IMG/VR virus record: IMGVR_UViG_3300016486_001578
Source of the DNA: a virus
Taxonomy: Duplodnaviria; Caudoviricetes
Reading direction: 5' to 3' (one strand)
Length of the DNA: 64,000 nt
A model generated the notes under the pieces. The model was not told the origin of the DNA. It ran no database searches and saw only the letters and a program-made list of their open reading frames with translations. The translations under genes were made by a program, and so were the position numbers. Shown piece by piece: positions 50,185-60,045 of the stretch (positions are counted from its first letter, which is position 1; each line of letters begins with the position of its first letter).

Positions 50185-50415
50185 TTATTAGCAAGGGAAG
50201 CTAACATGATACCAGATGAATTAATAGGAAATTTAGGAGATTGTCATATATATTTAAATCAAATAGATCCTATTCAAGAACAACTTAATAATAAATCATA
50301 TAAATTACCAGAATTAAAATTATCAAATAATTCAATCTTTGATATAAAAATAGAAGAAATTTCTATTATAGGTTATAAATCATCTAAAAGAGTTAATTAT
50401 AAATTATCAAATTAA
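50185..50415 (+). pseudogene. thyA: Orphan thyA C-terminal fragment
   Basis: LLAREANMIPDELIGNLGDCHIYLNQ...YKS...KLSN parallels the end of 48310-49359. Confidence 0.85.
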
Positions 50416-51228
50416 AATATAATTATCAAATTTTTTATTTTTTGATAAACATCGCCACCTAATTGTAACAACTGGTATTTCTTTATCTTTTGAAGCATCA
50501 CCATAGGAATCATATATTTTTCCATCTATTGAGAGTTTAACTCTATTTGACGGCTTTATACCCATTCTTTTTTTACTAATTTTATTTTTAGTTTCATCAC
50601 TATGTTTTTTACCATAGAATCCATTTTTTTCACCTATTCTTTGTGAAGCTAAAAAAGATAGCTTCTCACTTATTCTTTTTGATATTTCTTCGCCATATAA
50701 TTCAGTGTTTGTTTTTCCAAACCTATTTCTTAGTCCATTTTTCAAATTAGATTTTTGATAATTTGAAAAATCTAATTTCATTTTATCAGACCATCTATTG
50801 CCATAATTTGGATTTAATTTACCTATTTTGCCCCATTTTTCTTTTTTTCCTTTTGTTGTCATATTTGATATGTTATAATTAACAGACTCTTTAATTCTAT
50901 TTATTATATCTATTCTTTTTGGATTATTTGTTAGGTTATCTCCACCAGAAGCACCAGTGCTTATATTTAATACATTTTCATTAAATGGTAAAATACTTTT
51001 CAAATATTTTTGCTCTGTTATTAATAATTCTTTTACTTTACATAATTCTATAACCTCAAATTTAAAATTATCTAATCCATATTTATTAAAAACTCTTTGT
51101 AATTTTATATTTATGTGTTTATTTTTATTTAAATCATCTATATGTCTTTTCCACCTTTTTTCTATATTTTTTGATGATCCTATGTAGAATTTTTCACCAC
51201 AACTAATTTTATATATTCCTGAACTCAT
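50407..51228 (-). CDS. GIY-YIG/NUMOD3 homing endonuclease
   Basis: GIYKIS..FYIGSS..RWKRH; FYGKKHSDETK. Confidence 0.9.
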   Translation of the reverse strand: MSSGIYKISCGEKFYIGSSKNIEKRWKRHIDDLNKNKHINIKLQRVFNKYGLDNFKFEVIELCKVKELLITEQKYLKSILPFNENVLNISTGASGGDNLTNNPKRIDIINRIKESVNYNISNMTTKGKKEKWGKIGKLNPNYGNRWSDKMKLDFSNYQKSNLKNGLRNRFGKTNTELYGEEISKRISEKLSFLASQRIGEKNGFYGKKHSDETKNKISKKRMGIKPSNRVKLSIDGKIYDSYGDASKDKEIPVVTIRWRCLSKNKKFDNYILI

Positions 51229-51311
51229 ATATTATTTATTAAATAGTTAGATGTCCCCTTTAGTAAACTAATGAAATTTATTTTTATATAAAAATAAATA
51301 ATTAAAAACAA

Positions 51312-51803
51312 ATGAACAACGAAACTAATTACCGAGAAAAAATATTAGAGAGCATAAGAGAGATTAAAAACGATGATATTAAAAAAATGAATTTTGATCA
51401 AAAATCTGGACCAATAACTAATATAATTGAAGAACAAAAAGTATATTTCTGGATAAGATTATATTTAAATGAAGAAAATGCCATTAATATTGGTGAAAAA
51501 ATAATAATTAAGTGGAAACAAAGTGGTGAAGAGTTAGAAACACAATTCATGGCTTATGGCAAAGAAGGACTTAATAGAGACAGGGCCGAAGATTTAGTAA
51601 ATTATGTTCTAGAAGATGATAAAAAAGTATTAACACTAATGGTTGATACCAAAGAAGTAGATATGAGTGATGATATTCCTTTTATAAGAACCCTATTCAA
51701 AACTAGCCGCCATTATGAATATAGATTAGTAAAAAGAATAGACTTAGTTTTTATAAATAAAGAAACCGGTGAAGAATTGGATTATTATGATTGTGATTTT
51801 TAA
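51312..51803 (+). CDS. Hypothetical protein
   Basis: ORF only. Confidence 0.6.
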   Translation: MNNETNYREKILESIREIKNDDIKKMNFDQKSGPITNIIEEQKVYFWIRLYLNEENAINIGEKIIIKWKQSGEELETQFMAYGKEGLNRDRAEDLVNYVLEDDKKVLTLMVDTKEVDMSDDIPFIRTLFKTSRHYEYRLVKRIDLVFINKETGEELDYYDCDF

Positions 51804-51848
51804 CTAAATTGTGTTAACTTTACTAAATATATAAAAATAAAAAATAAA

Positions 51849-52445
51849 ATGACAAGAACTATACACCCAACGATTATACAAAAGGTAGTAGAAAAAGAAG
51901 ACCATTGGTTAGTTTCCATTAAAGAGGGGGATATAAAATTACTAAAATCAACACACATAAAAGCACCAATCGTTAGATATGTTTACTCATTTGAGTGCAA
52001 GGGTGATGTAATCACAAAAATAATGATGCTAACTGCTGATATTTGTGTTTTCTCTGGTGATTATGTTTTGTTAATAACAAGAAAATCAAACCCATTTAGA
52101 GGAATGAAAGCCTTACCGGGCGGAATAATAGATCCAGGAGAGACCCCTATCATAGCCGCTAAAAGAGAATTGAAAGAAGAAACTAATTTAGATTGTGATA
52201 TCAAAGATCTAATAGGAATTGGTATTTTTGATGATCCAAATAGAGACCCAAGAAACAGACATGTTATATCTTATGTATTCTCATTTATTGCTCCAGATTC
52301 ACAAGAATTTAGAGATATAGCAGAGGGATTAGATGATGCTGAAGAGGCTCATTGGGAAAAAATAGAAGAGGCTAGGGAATTTGAATTAGCATTCGACCAT
52401 AGTAATATCCTTAAAGAAGCAATATCTAAAAATTATTTTAAATAG
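51849..52445 (+). CDS. Nudix hydrolase (ADP-ribose pyrophosphatase/NrtR-like)
   Basis: ALPGG..GET..AAKRELKEET, RDPR, DDA, LAFDH. Confidence 0.88.
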   Translation: MTRTIHPTIIQKVVEKEDHWLVSIKEGDIKLLKSTHIKAPIVRYVYSFECKGDVITKIMMLTADICVFSGDYVLLITRKSNPFRGMKALPGGIIDPGETPIIAAKRELKEETNLDCDIKDLIGIGIFDDPNRDPRNRHVISYVFSFIAPDSQEFRDIAEGLDDAEEAHWEKIEEAREFELAFDHSNILKEAISKNYFK

Positions 52446-52612
52446 TCTTATAACCCGATACCCAGGCTATTTCTCTTTTTCCTATATCTGATAAAAAAGA
52501 ATTAAACCTATCTAGTATAATTGCTGGCTCTCCATCCACATATCTGATAATATCACTAACCCATTTTCTATTGTATAATCTTCTATACGATGTTTTTTAC
52601 ACATTCTATGTA
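52439..52612 (-). pseudogene. Remnant of the LRR-like gene family with all repeats deleted
   Basis: IHRMCKKHRIEDYTIENG (N-cap) joined out of frame to DIIRYVDGEPAIILDRFNSFLSDIGK..VSGYKTI (C-cap). Confidence 0.7.
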
Positions 52613-52653
52613 TATTAAAAACAGTAGAAATACTTTGTATATTTTTAGTATAT

Positions 52654-52983
52654 TTGTATATGTTTAATAAGATAAAAGGAAAAGGAAATCATATGGGTTA
52701 TTCAAGATATAAGGGACAAACTAAATCTGAATTTAATAAGAATTATAAAAGAGTTAATGATATAATTGATAAATCACTTGGTGATGTTGACAAAGAAACT
52801 TCTTTGGCCCGTAGACAAGCCAATCTAATTAAAGACGAACACAAAGCTATAAACAGAGCAATGGCCGCAAAAGAAATTGGGAACATTCCTATATTTGAGG
52901 TTTTCTTTAAAAGAGCACACGAACTCGGTAGTGTATCCACACAAGATTATAGAAGTTATAGATTACAAAAATTAGGAATCTAA
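52654..52983 (+). CDS. Hypothetical protein
   Basis: ORF only. Confidence 0.55.
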   Translation: MYMFNKIKGKGNHMGYSRYKGQTKSEFNKNYKRVNDIIDKSLGDVDKETSLARRQANLIKDEHKAINRAMAAKEIGNIPIFEVFFKRAHELGSVSTQDYRSYRLQKLGI

Positions 52984-52990
52984 TAGCTAA

Positions 52991-54964
52991 CTAAGTATAT
53001 AAGAATAGTTCATACTTTATTTTACCACAATCCCATATTCTATATAAACCAATGGATCTCATATAAGTGCTCTCAGTTATTTTCGACCCTTTTATCCCTA
53101 GTTTACTTTTTTTAAACCTAGATTTATGGACCCTTTTGTTTTCTGTGATGTATTTATAATCAGGATTAGACATACTCACTAATTTAAATTTTAAATTCAG
53201 ATAAAGATTACCAAGTGACCAATCTCTATCTGCATAACTAATTACCCTAGTTGGGTTGTAATTTTTGATAAAGAAATTTAATAATTTACTAGCCCCACCA
53301 ACAACAGACATATTTAATTTATTGCAAAATCTTGATAAATTCCAACCACTTTCTTCCATCTTCTTCCGACCTTCATTTTTATCAAAGGTCATAATAGATA
53401 TTAGTTCTTTTTTGTAGAATAAACCAATTGATACTTTGTTATTTGAAGAACCTCCTTGTATGTGATTATCATTTAAAAATTCATTAATGGTTTTATAATC
53501 CTTTATTTCTTTAACAACACAATTTCTGGCATATATCCTTTCGTTGGTTAATCCCAACCAATTTATAATTTGACTTTCTAGTATATTTCTTTTGAATGTC
53601 CAATCATCTTCCCAGATATGAATAATCCTTATTCCTTTTTCTTCAAAGTGTCTACTCTTATTTAAATGATAGTTTTTATCTTTAAATTCTTCTGAGTGCC
53701 AATATAACCCATTTAATTCAAATCCTATTTTTAATTCCGGTAAATAAATATCAATTTCTAAACCATCACGATATGATTGAATTATTTTACCATCATATAT
53801 TGAATCTATAAAATTAAATAGTTCTTTTTCTTTTATTGAAACTGAATCACCAATTGGATTACAAACGGTACATAGAGGGATATTTGATTTTTTTCTCTTT
53901 GTGTAATTATCAATATCTATATCAAACTCATGTGGAAGGTCATAATCACAAGAAAATAAAGAAATTCCATTATTTTTGTACTCTATATAATACATGTCAT
54001 TGGTTATTCTATATTTTAGCCTATATTCTATATTTTTACTTATATGCTCCTCATTATATTTTTCAATATTTGTCTTTTTGATTTTATCTGATATCTCTTT
54101 TATTGAATTCAAGTTGAGCGTTCCGTATTTTTTTATTATTGAACTTCTTATCTTATTCTTTACCCTATCTGATTTTGATGGATTATCAACTCCATATCTG
54201 TCTATATTTGTTGATTTTATTTTATTTTTTATATCAATATTCTGTATTGGAAATTCTACTCCCAATTTTTTAAAATTAGTTTTTTTTAGTTTAGTTATAA
54301 AATCTTTGTTCTGTAAAGCATACTCAACTCCATATCTTTCTAACATAGTTTCTTTTGTCTTTTTCTTAAACTCGTCCAATTTTAGTGGATTATCAACCCC
54401 ATATTTTTCTAAGAAGTAGGATCTTAATTTGCTCTTTATTTCCTCTGAATGCATAGCATACTCAACTCCATATCTTTCTAACATAGTTTCTTTTGCCTTT
54501 TTCCTTATACTATCAACCCTTGATGGATTATCAACCCCATATTTATTGATGTTAGTTTTCTTTGTCTTTTTGATGATAGATATATTTTGTGTTGCCCAAT
54601 CATGTCCAAATTTTTTGTTATTTGTGGCTTTTACTCTATCCTTTATACCTTTTGACTTTGATGGATTATCAACCCCATACCTTTTTAAGTTAGTTTCTCT
54701 TCTCTTTGATTTAATAGACTTGCTATTATACATACACTTTCTAGAACAAAAATTTCTAAACCCATTTATCATATCAATGAACTTAACCTTATTTCCACAA
54801 TAACAAATAGGTAGCACCTTCATATCATTTTCATATAGATAGAATTTTTCTTTAAATGTTGTATAGTCTATTTTTTTATCACTTATTGATAGCCACAAAT
54901 CATAATTTTTTTTCTTAATACCATTTTCTGATAATCTATATAACTCTGTGTTCTTTGTTTCCAT
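52991..54964 (-). CDS. Free-standing putative homing endonuclease with about nine KYGV-type repeats (paralog of 1474-3098)
   Basis: CYCG..FCSRKC; repeated T.(L/I).(K/R)YGV(D/E); EIDIYLPELKIGFELNGLYWHS; IHIWEDDW. Confidence 0.75.
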   Translation of the reverse strand: METKNTELYRLSENGIKKKNYDLWLSISDKKIDYTTFKEKFYLYENDMKVLPICYCGNKVKFIDMINGFRNFCSRKCMYNSKSIKSKRRETNLKRYGVDNPSKSKGIKDRVKATNNKKFGHDWATQNISIIKKTKKTNINKYGVDNPSRVDSIRKKAKETMLERYGVEYAMHSEEIKSKLRSYFLEKYGVDNPLKLDEFKKKTKETMLERYGVEYALQNKDFITKLKKTNFKKLGVEFPIQNIDIKNKIKSTNIDRYGVDNPSKSDRVKNKIRSSIIKKYGTLNLNSIKEISDKIKKTNIEKYNEEHISKNIEYRLKYRITNDMYYIEYKNNGISLFSCDYDLPHEFDIDIDNYTKRKKSNIPLCTVCNPIGDSVSIKEKELFNFIDSIYDGKIIQSYRDGLEIDIYLPELKIGFELNGLYWHSEEFKDKNYHLNKSRHFEEKGIRIIHIWEDDWTFKRNILESQIINWLGLTNERIYARNCVVKEIKDYKTINEFLNDNHIQGGSSNNKVSIGLFYKKELISIMTFDKNEGRKKMEESGWNLSRFCNKLNMSVVGGASKLLNFFIKNYNPTRVISYADRDWSLGNLYLNLKFKLVSMSNPDYKYITENKRVHKSRFKKSKLGIKGSKITESTYMRSIGLYRIWDCGKIKYELFLYT

Positions 54965-55039
54965 ATCTAGTAATTATTTAATTTATATATTAAACTATCT
55001 ATGTTATGTTTTGTATAAATATCAAATAAAATATAAAAT

Positions 55040-56743
55040 TTGTTAGTAGACACTCAATATAAAAATGGTAAGTTAATAGTCAGTTACGTGGATAAAACTG
55101 GTGGAATAAAATTAAAATATTATAATTGGGACAATCCAATGAAATATATAACTTGTGATGATGATGATAATGGTAAACATCCTAATTATAAATCATGGGA
55201 TGGTAAATCAGTAAAACAAGTAGAAGTAAATTACCCTGATAGATACGCAGTTTATGAGTTTCTGGATTCTCTCCCAGAGGAAGAAAGATTGGAGATATTT
55301 GAATTTAATACTCCTAAAATATATTTCATAGATATTGAAACAGAAATTGTTGATGGGTTTCCCGAGGCTGAAGACATCTTAGATAAAGAGGGTAATGTCA
55401 AAAAAGAAGGAGCCTGTACTAGTGTGTTATCTATATCAGTTGTTTATGATGATAAAATCATATTACTTGGTCTTAGGGATATGCCACAAGACATGCAAGA
55501 CAGAATAAAGAACAATACAAACAAATACTTCAAGAAGATAAATAATGACATAGATTATAAATTTAAATACGTTAAGTATGATGATGAATTTGATATGCTT
55601 TATAACTTTTTCTATAAGATGGTTCCTAAAATGCCTTTATTGACTGGGTGGAACTTCCTTAATTATGATTGGTTGTATTTAGTGAATAGAGCAAAGAAAT
55701 TAAAAAAATACACAAATGGTAAAGAATATGTTATAAACCCAGCAGTTTCATCTCTCACAAAGAGGTTGAATAAAAAATGGGGTTCTAATTGTGAGCTACC
55801 AGCTCATAGAATGATTTTTGATTATATGCAATTATATGAAATAGCCGATTCTTCTATTAAAGTTAAAGAAAGTTCTTCATTGGATTTTGTTTCTGGTAAA
55901 TTAGTTGGGGTTGATAAGATTAAATTCATAAATTCTATATTCAAATTAAACCAAGATTGCTCTATGAAAGGATATGATTTTAAACAAGATGAAATTTGCC
56001 GAAAAGATGGTGATGGTTATTATATGTATGTTGGTACTGATAGAATCGAATTTAGTCTATCGGAGTTTTCATCTTATAAAGACTTATTTAGAGAAGTAAA
56101 TGTTTCTAACTTACAAACATTATACAATGAGGATTTTGAGATTTATATGTACTACAATGCGGTGGATTCGGTTCTTGTTCAAAAAATACACGAATCTCGT
56201 AATTATATATCAATAATATTTGCGATATCTTCCTTAGCACAAATTAAGATAGTTGATGTAGTTTCATCAATGAATAATGCTTTGGGATCATTGGCTATTA
56301 CAGAGGGAGTTTTAAGAAATAGATTTAGAAATCAAGATAATATTGTCTTATTTAAAGAAGAAAAACATGATGCTGAATCTACCATTGCTGGTGGGTGGGT
56401 AAAAGACCCTGTTATGGGTATGAATCAGTGGGTTGTTTGTTATGATTTTGCGAGCTTGTATCCTCGCACCCAGGCGCAGTTCTTTATATCACCAGAGAAC
56501 TTTATAGGGGTTCAATCATCTTCTGATAAGACACTATGTACCAATGGTGAGTCAATACATCCAACAAATCATGTTGTTTGTGTCAATGGTGTGGTTTTTA
56601 ATAAGAGGATGTCCCCAACACTATTGATGTTAGAGGATGTCTATTCTGATAGAAAGAAAAATAAGAAGATAATGATGGATAAGAAAGAGGAACTAAATGA
56701 CGTACTTTTGGAGATAGCTAAGTTGGAATCCGATTTGGTATAA
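55040..56743 (+). CDS. Family B DNA polymerase, N-terminal subunit (exonuclease plus motif A) of a split enzyme
   Basis: FIDIETE, TGWN...YDW, YNAVD, GGWVKDP, YDFASLYP; ends before motif B (KxxxNSxYG) and motif C (DTDS). Confidence 0.85.
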   Translation: MLVDTQYKNGKLIVSYVDKTGGIKLKYYNWDNPMKYITCDDDDNGKHPNYKSWDGKSVKQVEVNYPDRYAVYEFLDSLPEEERLEIFEFNTPKIYFIDIETEIVDGFPEAEDILDKEGNVKKEGACTSVLSISVVYDDKIILLGLRDMPQDMQDRIKNNTNKYFKKINNDIDYKFKYVKYDDEFDMLYNFFYKMVPKMPLLTGWNFLNYDWLYLVNRAKKLKKYTNGKEYVINPAVSSLTKRLNKKWGSNCELPAHRMIFDYMQLYEIADSSIKVKESSSLDFVSGKLVGVDKIKFINSIFKLNQDCSMKGYDFKQDEICRKDGDGYYMYVGTDRIEFSLSEFSSYKDLFREVNVSNLQTLYNEDFEIYMYYNAVDSVLVQKIHESRNYISIIFAISSLAQIKIVDVVSSMNNALGSLAITEGVLRNRFRNQDNIVLFKEEKHDAESTIAGGWVKDPVMGMNQWVVCYDFASLYPRTQAQFFISPENFIGVQSSSDKTLCTNGESIHPTNHVVCVNGVVFNKRMSPTLLMLEDVYSDRKKNKKIMMDKKEELNDVLLEIAKLESDLV

Positions 56744-56905
56744 GGAAGCAAAGTATTTTAATATGTAGAAATCATTCCTTTCTTTGGTTCCGTTTCCAAA
56801 ATAAGAATAAGGAATTTCGAATATTTCAATTTCATCCATTATCATGCCTATTGTATCCTTTATATCATCGGACTTACTTTCAAATAATTTATTATATTGC
56901 TTCAT
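56693..56905 (-). CDS. Small protein with capsid-targeting-like N-terminus
   Basis: MKQYNKLFES. Confidence 0.5.
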   Translation of the reverse strand: MKQYNKLFESKSDDIKDTIGMIMDEIEIFEIPYSYFGNGTKERNDFYILKYFASLYQIGFQLSYLQKYVI

Positions 56906-57537
56906 ATTACTTTTATTGTTTCGAAGTTTAAATTAGGTATCTCTCCATTAACTACTTTTTTTGCGCTTTTTATTATCTTTTTATTATCCTCATAAAATAT
57001 AGCTTTCTTGAAATTATCTTTTCTTACTATCTCTACTATTTTTTTGCCCTTCCATTGTCCAGCATTTTTTTGATACTTAGGTCTCATGTGAATCCCATAC
57101 TTAGGTTTCTCTAGTCCTAGATTATTCATCACTTCTAGTAATTTATCTCTTAAATCATCTGGTCTAGCCGTAACGATACATTTATTTTCGGTGGAGTTAT
57201 AAAATTCTGACAACTCTTTAACAGATTTTGGTGTGCTATCATCAGTATAGATAAACAAATCAGGACAAGTTATATAAACACGAGCCTTCTTTCTTACCCA
57301 GTTTCCTAATACCTTTATTTCTGAATTTGGATCTGGTATAAATATCCTACCATTATCTATTTTTAAATCTTTTATACCTTTATTGATATTAATTAATGAT
57401 TTATCTAATAAATTTTTTGCGGATAAATTTTCGTTGATATACTTAGATATAACTTCTTCAAATTTTGGCGTTTTAACTAATGTATCGTCAAAATCAAAGA
57501 TGTGTATAGTATTAAAGTCTAGATATTTTTTTACCAT
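56902..57537 (-). CDS. HAD-superfamily phosphatase (RNA-repair HAD-like)
   Basis: IFDFDDTLVKTP, VTAR, K, FYEDN. Confidence 0.75.
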   Translation of the reverse strand: MVKKYLDFNTIHIFDFDDTLVKTPKFEEVISKYINENLSAKNLLDKSLININKGIKDLKIDNGRIFIPDPNSEIKVLGNWVRKKARVYITCPDLFIYTDDSTPKSVKELSEFYNSTENKCIVTARPDDLRDKLLEVMNNLGLEKPKYGIHMRPKYQKNAGQWKGKKIVEIVRKDNFKKAIFYEDNKKIIKSAKKVVNGEIPNLNFETIKVI

Positions 57538-57559
57538 ATTTTATATATTAATATATAGG

Positions 57560-58324
57560 ATGATGAAATACCTAAAAATATTTGAAAACTTTAATTCTGA
57601 TGAGAAAATTCATGAAATTTGTAAAAAATATAATATCAAAAATTATACTATAAATCCGGATGGATCAATAGATGTTGATGGTGATGTTTATTTATATAGA
57701 AAAGGATTAACTAAAATTCCACTGAAGTTTAGAAAAGTTAGTGGATATTTTGATTGCCATGATAACCAATTAACTTCACTAGAGTTTGCTCCAACTTCAG
57801 TCGGTGGATATTTTAATTGTTCTAGTAATAAATTAACTTCATTAGAAGGTGCTCCAACTTCAGTCGGTGGCGGTTTTTATTGCCATTATAATCAAATAAC
57901 TTCACTAGAGTTTGCTCCAACTTCAGTCGGTGGTAATTTTTATTGTAATAATAATAAATTAACTTCATTAGAAGGTGCTCCAACTTCAGTCGGTGGATAT
58001 TTTTATTGCCATGATAACCGATTAACTTCATTAGAAGGTGCTCCAACTTCAGTCGGTGGAGATTTTAATTGCAATTATAATCAAATAACTTCATTAGAGG
58101 GTGCTCCTCTTTCAGTCGGTGGTAATTTTTATTGTAAAAATAATCCAGTCTATGAAGTCTGGAAATTATTTAAAGATTTGGATAAAATAGAAATTCTAAG
58201 TGATTCTGACATCTTTAGGGAGGTTGATGGAAAGCCCGGTATTATTTTAGATAGGCTAAATTCATTCTTAGAAGACATAGGAAAAGGATCGGTTAATAAA
58301 GTTGAAGGATATATTAATATATAG
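57560..58324 (+). CDS. LRR-like 22-aa repeat protein 1
   Basis: MKYLKIFENF N-terminus; six LTSLE(G/F)APTSVGGxFxCxxN-type units. Confidence 0.85.
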   Translation: MMKYLKIFENFNSDEKIHEICKKYNIKNYTINPDGSIDVDGDVYLYRKGLTKIPLKFRKVSGYFDCHDNQLTSLEFAPTSVGGYFNCSSNKLTSLEGAPTSVGGGFYCHYNQITSLEFAPTSVGGNFYCNNNKLTSLEGAPTSVGGYFYCHDNRLTSLEGAPTSVGGDFNCNYNQITSLEGAPLSVGGNFYCKNNPVYEVWKLFKDLDKIEILSDSDIFREVDGKPGIILDRLNSFLEDIGKGSVNKVEGYINI

Positions 58325-59870
58325 TTTAATGAAGCACCTAAAAATATTTGAAAACTTTAATTCTGATGAGAAAATTCATGAAATTTGTAGAAAATATAAT
58401 ATCGAAAATTATACTATAAATCCGGATGGATCAATAGATGTTGATGGTGATGTTTATTTATATAGAAAAGGATTAACTAAAATTCCACTGAAGTTTAGAA
58501 AAGTTAGTGGTCATTTTTATTGCCATAATAACAAATTAACTTCATTAGAGGGCTCTCCAACTTCAGTCGGTGGTGATTTTAGTTGTGATGATAATAAATT
58601 AACTTCATTAGAAGGTGCTCCAAAGTCGATCGGTGGAGATTTTAATTGCAATTATAACCAATTAACTTCATTAGAAGGTGCTCCAACTTCAGTTGGTGGT
58701 AAATTTAATTGCGGTGGTAACCAATTAACTTCATTAGAAGGTTCTCCAACTTCAGTCGGTGGATATTTTTATTGCCATGATAACCGATTAACTTCATTAG
58801 AGTTTGCTCCAACTTCAGTCGGTGGTAATTTTGATTGTCATAATAACAAATTAACTTCACTAGAGTTTGCTCCAACTTCAGTCGGTGGAGGTTTTTATTG
58901 TCATAATAGCAAATTAACTTCATTAGAAGGTGCTCCAACTTCAGTCGGTGGTGATTTTTATTGCCATTATAACCGATTAACTTCATTAGAGGGCTCTCCA
59001 ACTTCAGTCGGTGGTGATTTTTATTGTGATAATAATCAATTAACTTCATTAGAAGGTGCTCCAACTTCAGTTGGTGGTAAATTTAATTGCCATGATAATC
59101 AAATAACTTCATTAGAAGGTTCTCCTCTTTCAGTCGGTGGCCATTTTTATTGTTATAATAATCCAGTCTATGAGGTATACAATCTATTCAATGATAAAGA
59201 CAAAATAGAACTTCTAAACGACTATGACATCTTTAGAAAGGTTAATGGAAACCCAGCTATTATTTTAGATAGGCTAAATTCATTCCTAGAAGACATAGGA
59301 AAAGAATCGGTTACTGAAGTTAAAGGATATATTAATATATAGTTTAATGAAACACCTAAAAATATTTGAAAACTTTAATTCTGATGAGAAAATTCATGAA
59401 ATTTGTAAAAAATATAATATCGAAAATTATACTATAAATCCGGATGGATCAATAGATGTTGATGGTGATGTTTATTTAGATGAAGAATCATTAACTAAAA
59501 TTCCACTGAAGTTTAGAAAAGTTAGTGGTCATTTTTATTGCAATTATAACCGATTAACTTCATTAGAAGGTTCTCCAACTTCAGTCGGTGGAGGTTTTTA
59601 TTGCCATGATAACCAATTAACTTCATTAGAAGGTGCTCCAACTTCAGTTGGTGGAGGTTTTTATTGCCATAATAATCAAATAACTTCATTAGAAGGTGCT
59701 CCAACTTCAGTCGGTGGTGATTTTTATTGCCATAATAACCAATTAACTTCATTAGAAGGTGCTCCTCTTTCAGTCGGTGGCCATTTTCATTGCCATTATA
59801 ATCAAATAACTTCATTAGAGGGTGCTCCTCTTTCAGTCGGTGGTAATTTTTATTGTAAAAATAATCCAGT
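57730..59870 (+). repeat. 66-bp coding repeat arrays (TTAACTTCATTAGAAGGTGCTCCAACTTCAGTCGGTGG...) in three tandem paralogs
   Basis: Direct inspection shows about 21 units. Confidence 0.9.
58329..59342 (+). CDS. LRR-like 22-aa repeat protein 2
   Basis: MKHLKIFENF; ten units. Confidence 0.85.
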   Translation: MKHLKIFENFNSDEKIHEICRKYNIENYTINPDGSIDVDGDVYLYRKGLTKIPLKFRKVSGHFYCHNNKLTSLEGSPTSVGGDFSCDDNKLTSLEGAPKSIGGDFNCNYNQLTSLEGAPTSVGGKFNCGGNQLTSLEGSPTSVGGYFYCHDNRLTSLEFAPTSVGGNFDCHNNKLTSLEFAPTSVGGGFYCHNSKLTSLEGAPTSVGGDFYCHYNRLTSLEGSPTSVGGDFYCDNNQLTSLEGAPTSVGGKFNCHDNQITSLEGSPLSVGGHFYCYNNPVYEVYNLFNDKDKIELLNDYDIFRKVNGNPAIILDRLNSFLEDIGKESVTEVKGYINI

Positions 59871-60045
59871 CTATGAAGTCTGGAAATTATTTAAAGATTT
59901 GGATAAAATAGAAATTCTAAGTGATTCTGACATCTTTAGGGAGGTTGATGGAAAGCCCGGTATTATTTTAGATAGGCTAAATTCATTCCTAGAAGACATA
60001 GGAAAAGAATCGGTTAATAAAGTTGAAGGATATATTAATATTTAG
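59347..60045 (+). CDS. LRR-like 22-aa repeat protein 3
   Basis: MKHLKIFENF; five units. Confidence 0.85.
   Translation: MKHLKIFENFNSDEKIHEICKKYNIENYTINPDGSIDVDGDVYLDEESLTKIPLKFRKVSGHFYCNYNRLTSLEGSPTSVGGGFYCHDNQLTSLEGAPTSVGGGFYCHNNQITSLEGAPTSVGGDFYCHNNQLTSLEGAPLSVGGHFHCHYNQITSLEGAPLSVGGNFYCKNNPVYEVWKLFKDLDKIEILSDSDIFREVDGKPGIILDRLNSFLEDIGKESVNKVEGYINI

Noticed and set aside
39218-50415. Trans-splicing or split ThyA formed from the 39218 N-fragment and the 50185 C-fragment
   Set aside because: The QRSxDxxLGxPFN segment is absent from both pieces, there are no intron or intein signatures, and a complete thyA exists.
53836-54803. Antisense ORFs in the ORF track (for example 53994-54419, 54429-54803, 47771-48235, 57822-58046, 58705-59064)
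   Set aside because: They are shadows of strongly supported genes on the opposite strand, and their periodicity mirrors the sense-strand repeats.
57730-59870. CRISPR array or DGR target
   Set aside because: The repeats are in-frame 66-bp coding units without unique spacers. Silent adenines in the scaffold (TCA, CCA, TTA) are almost invariant, and no reverse transcriptase or template repeat is in the window.
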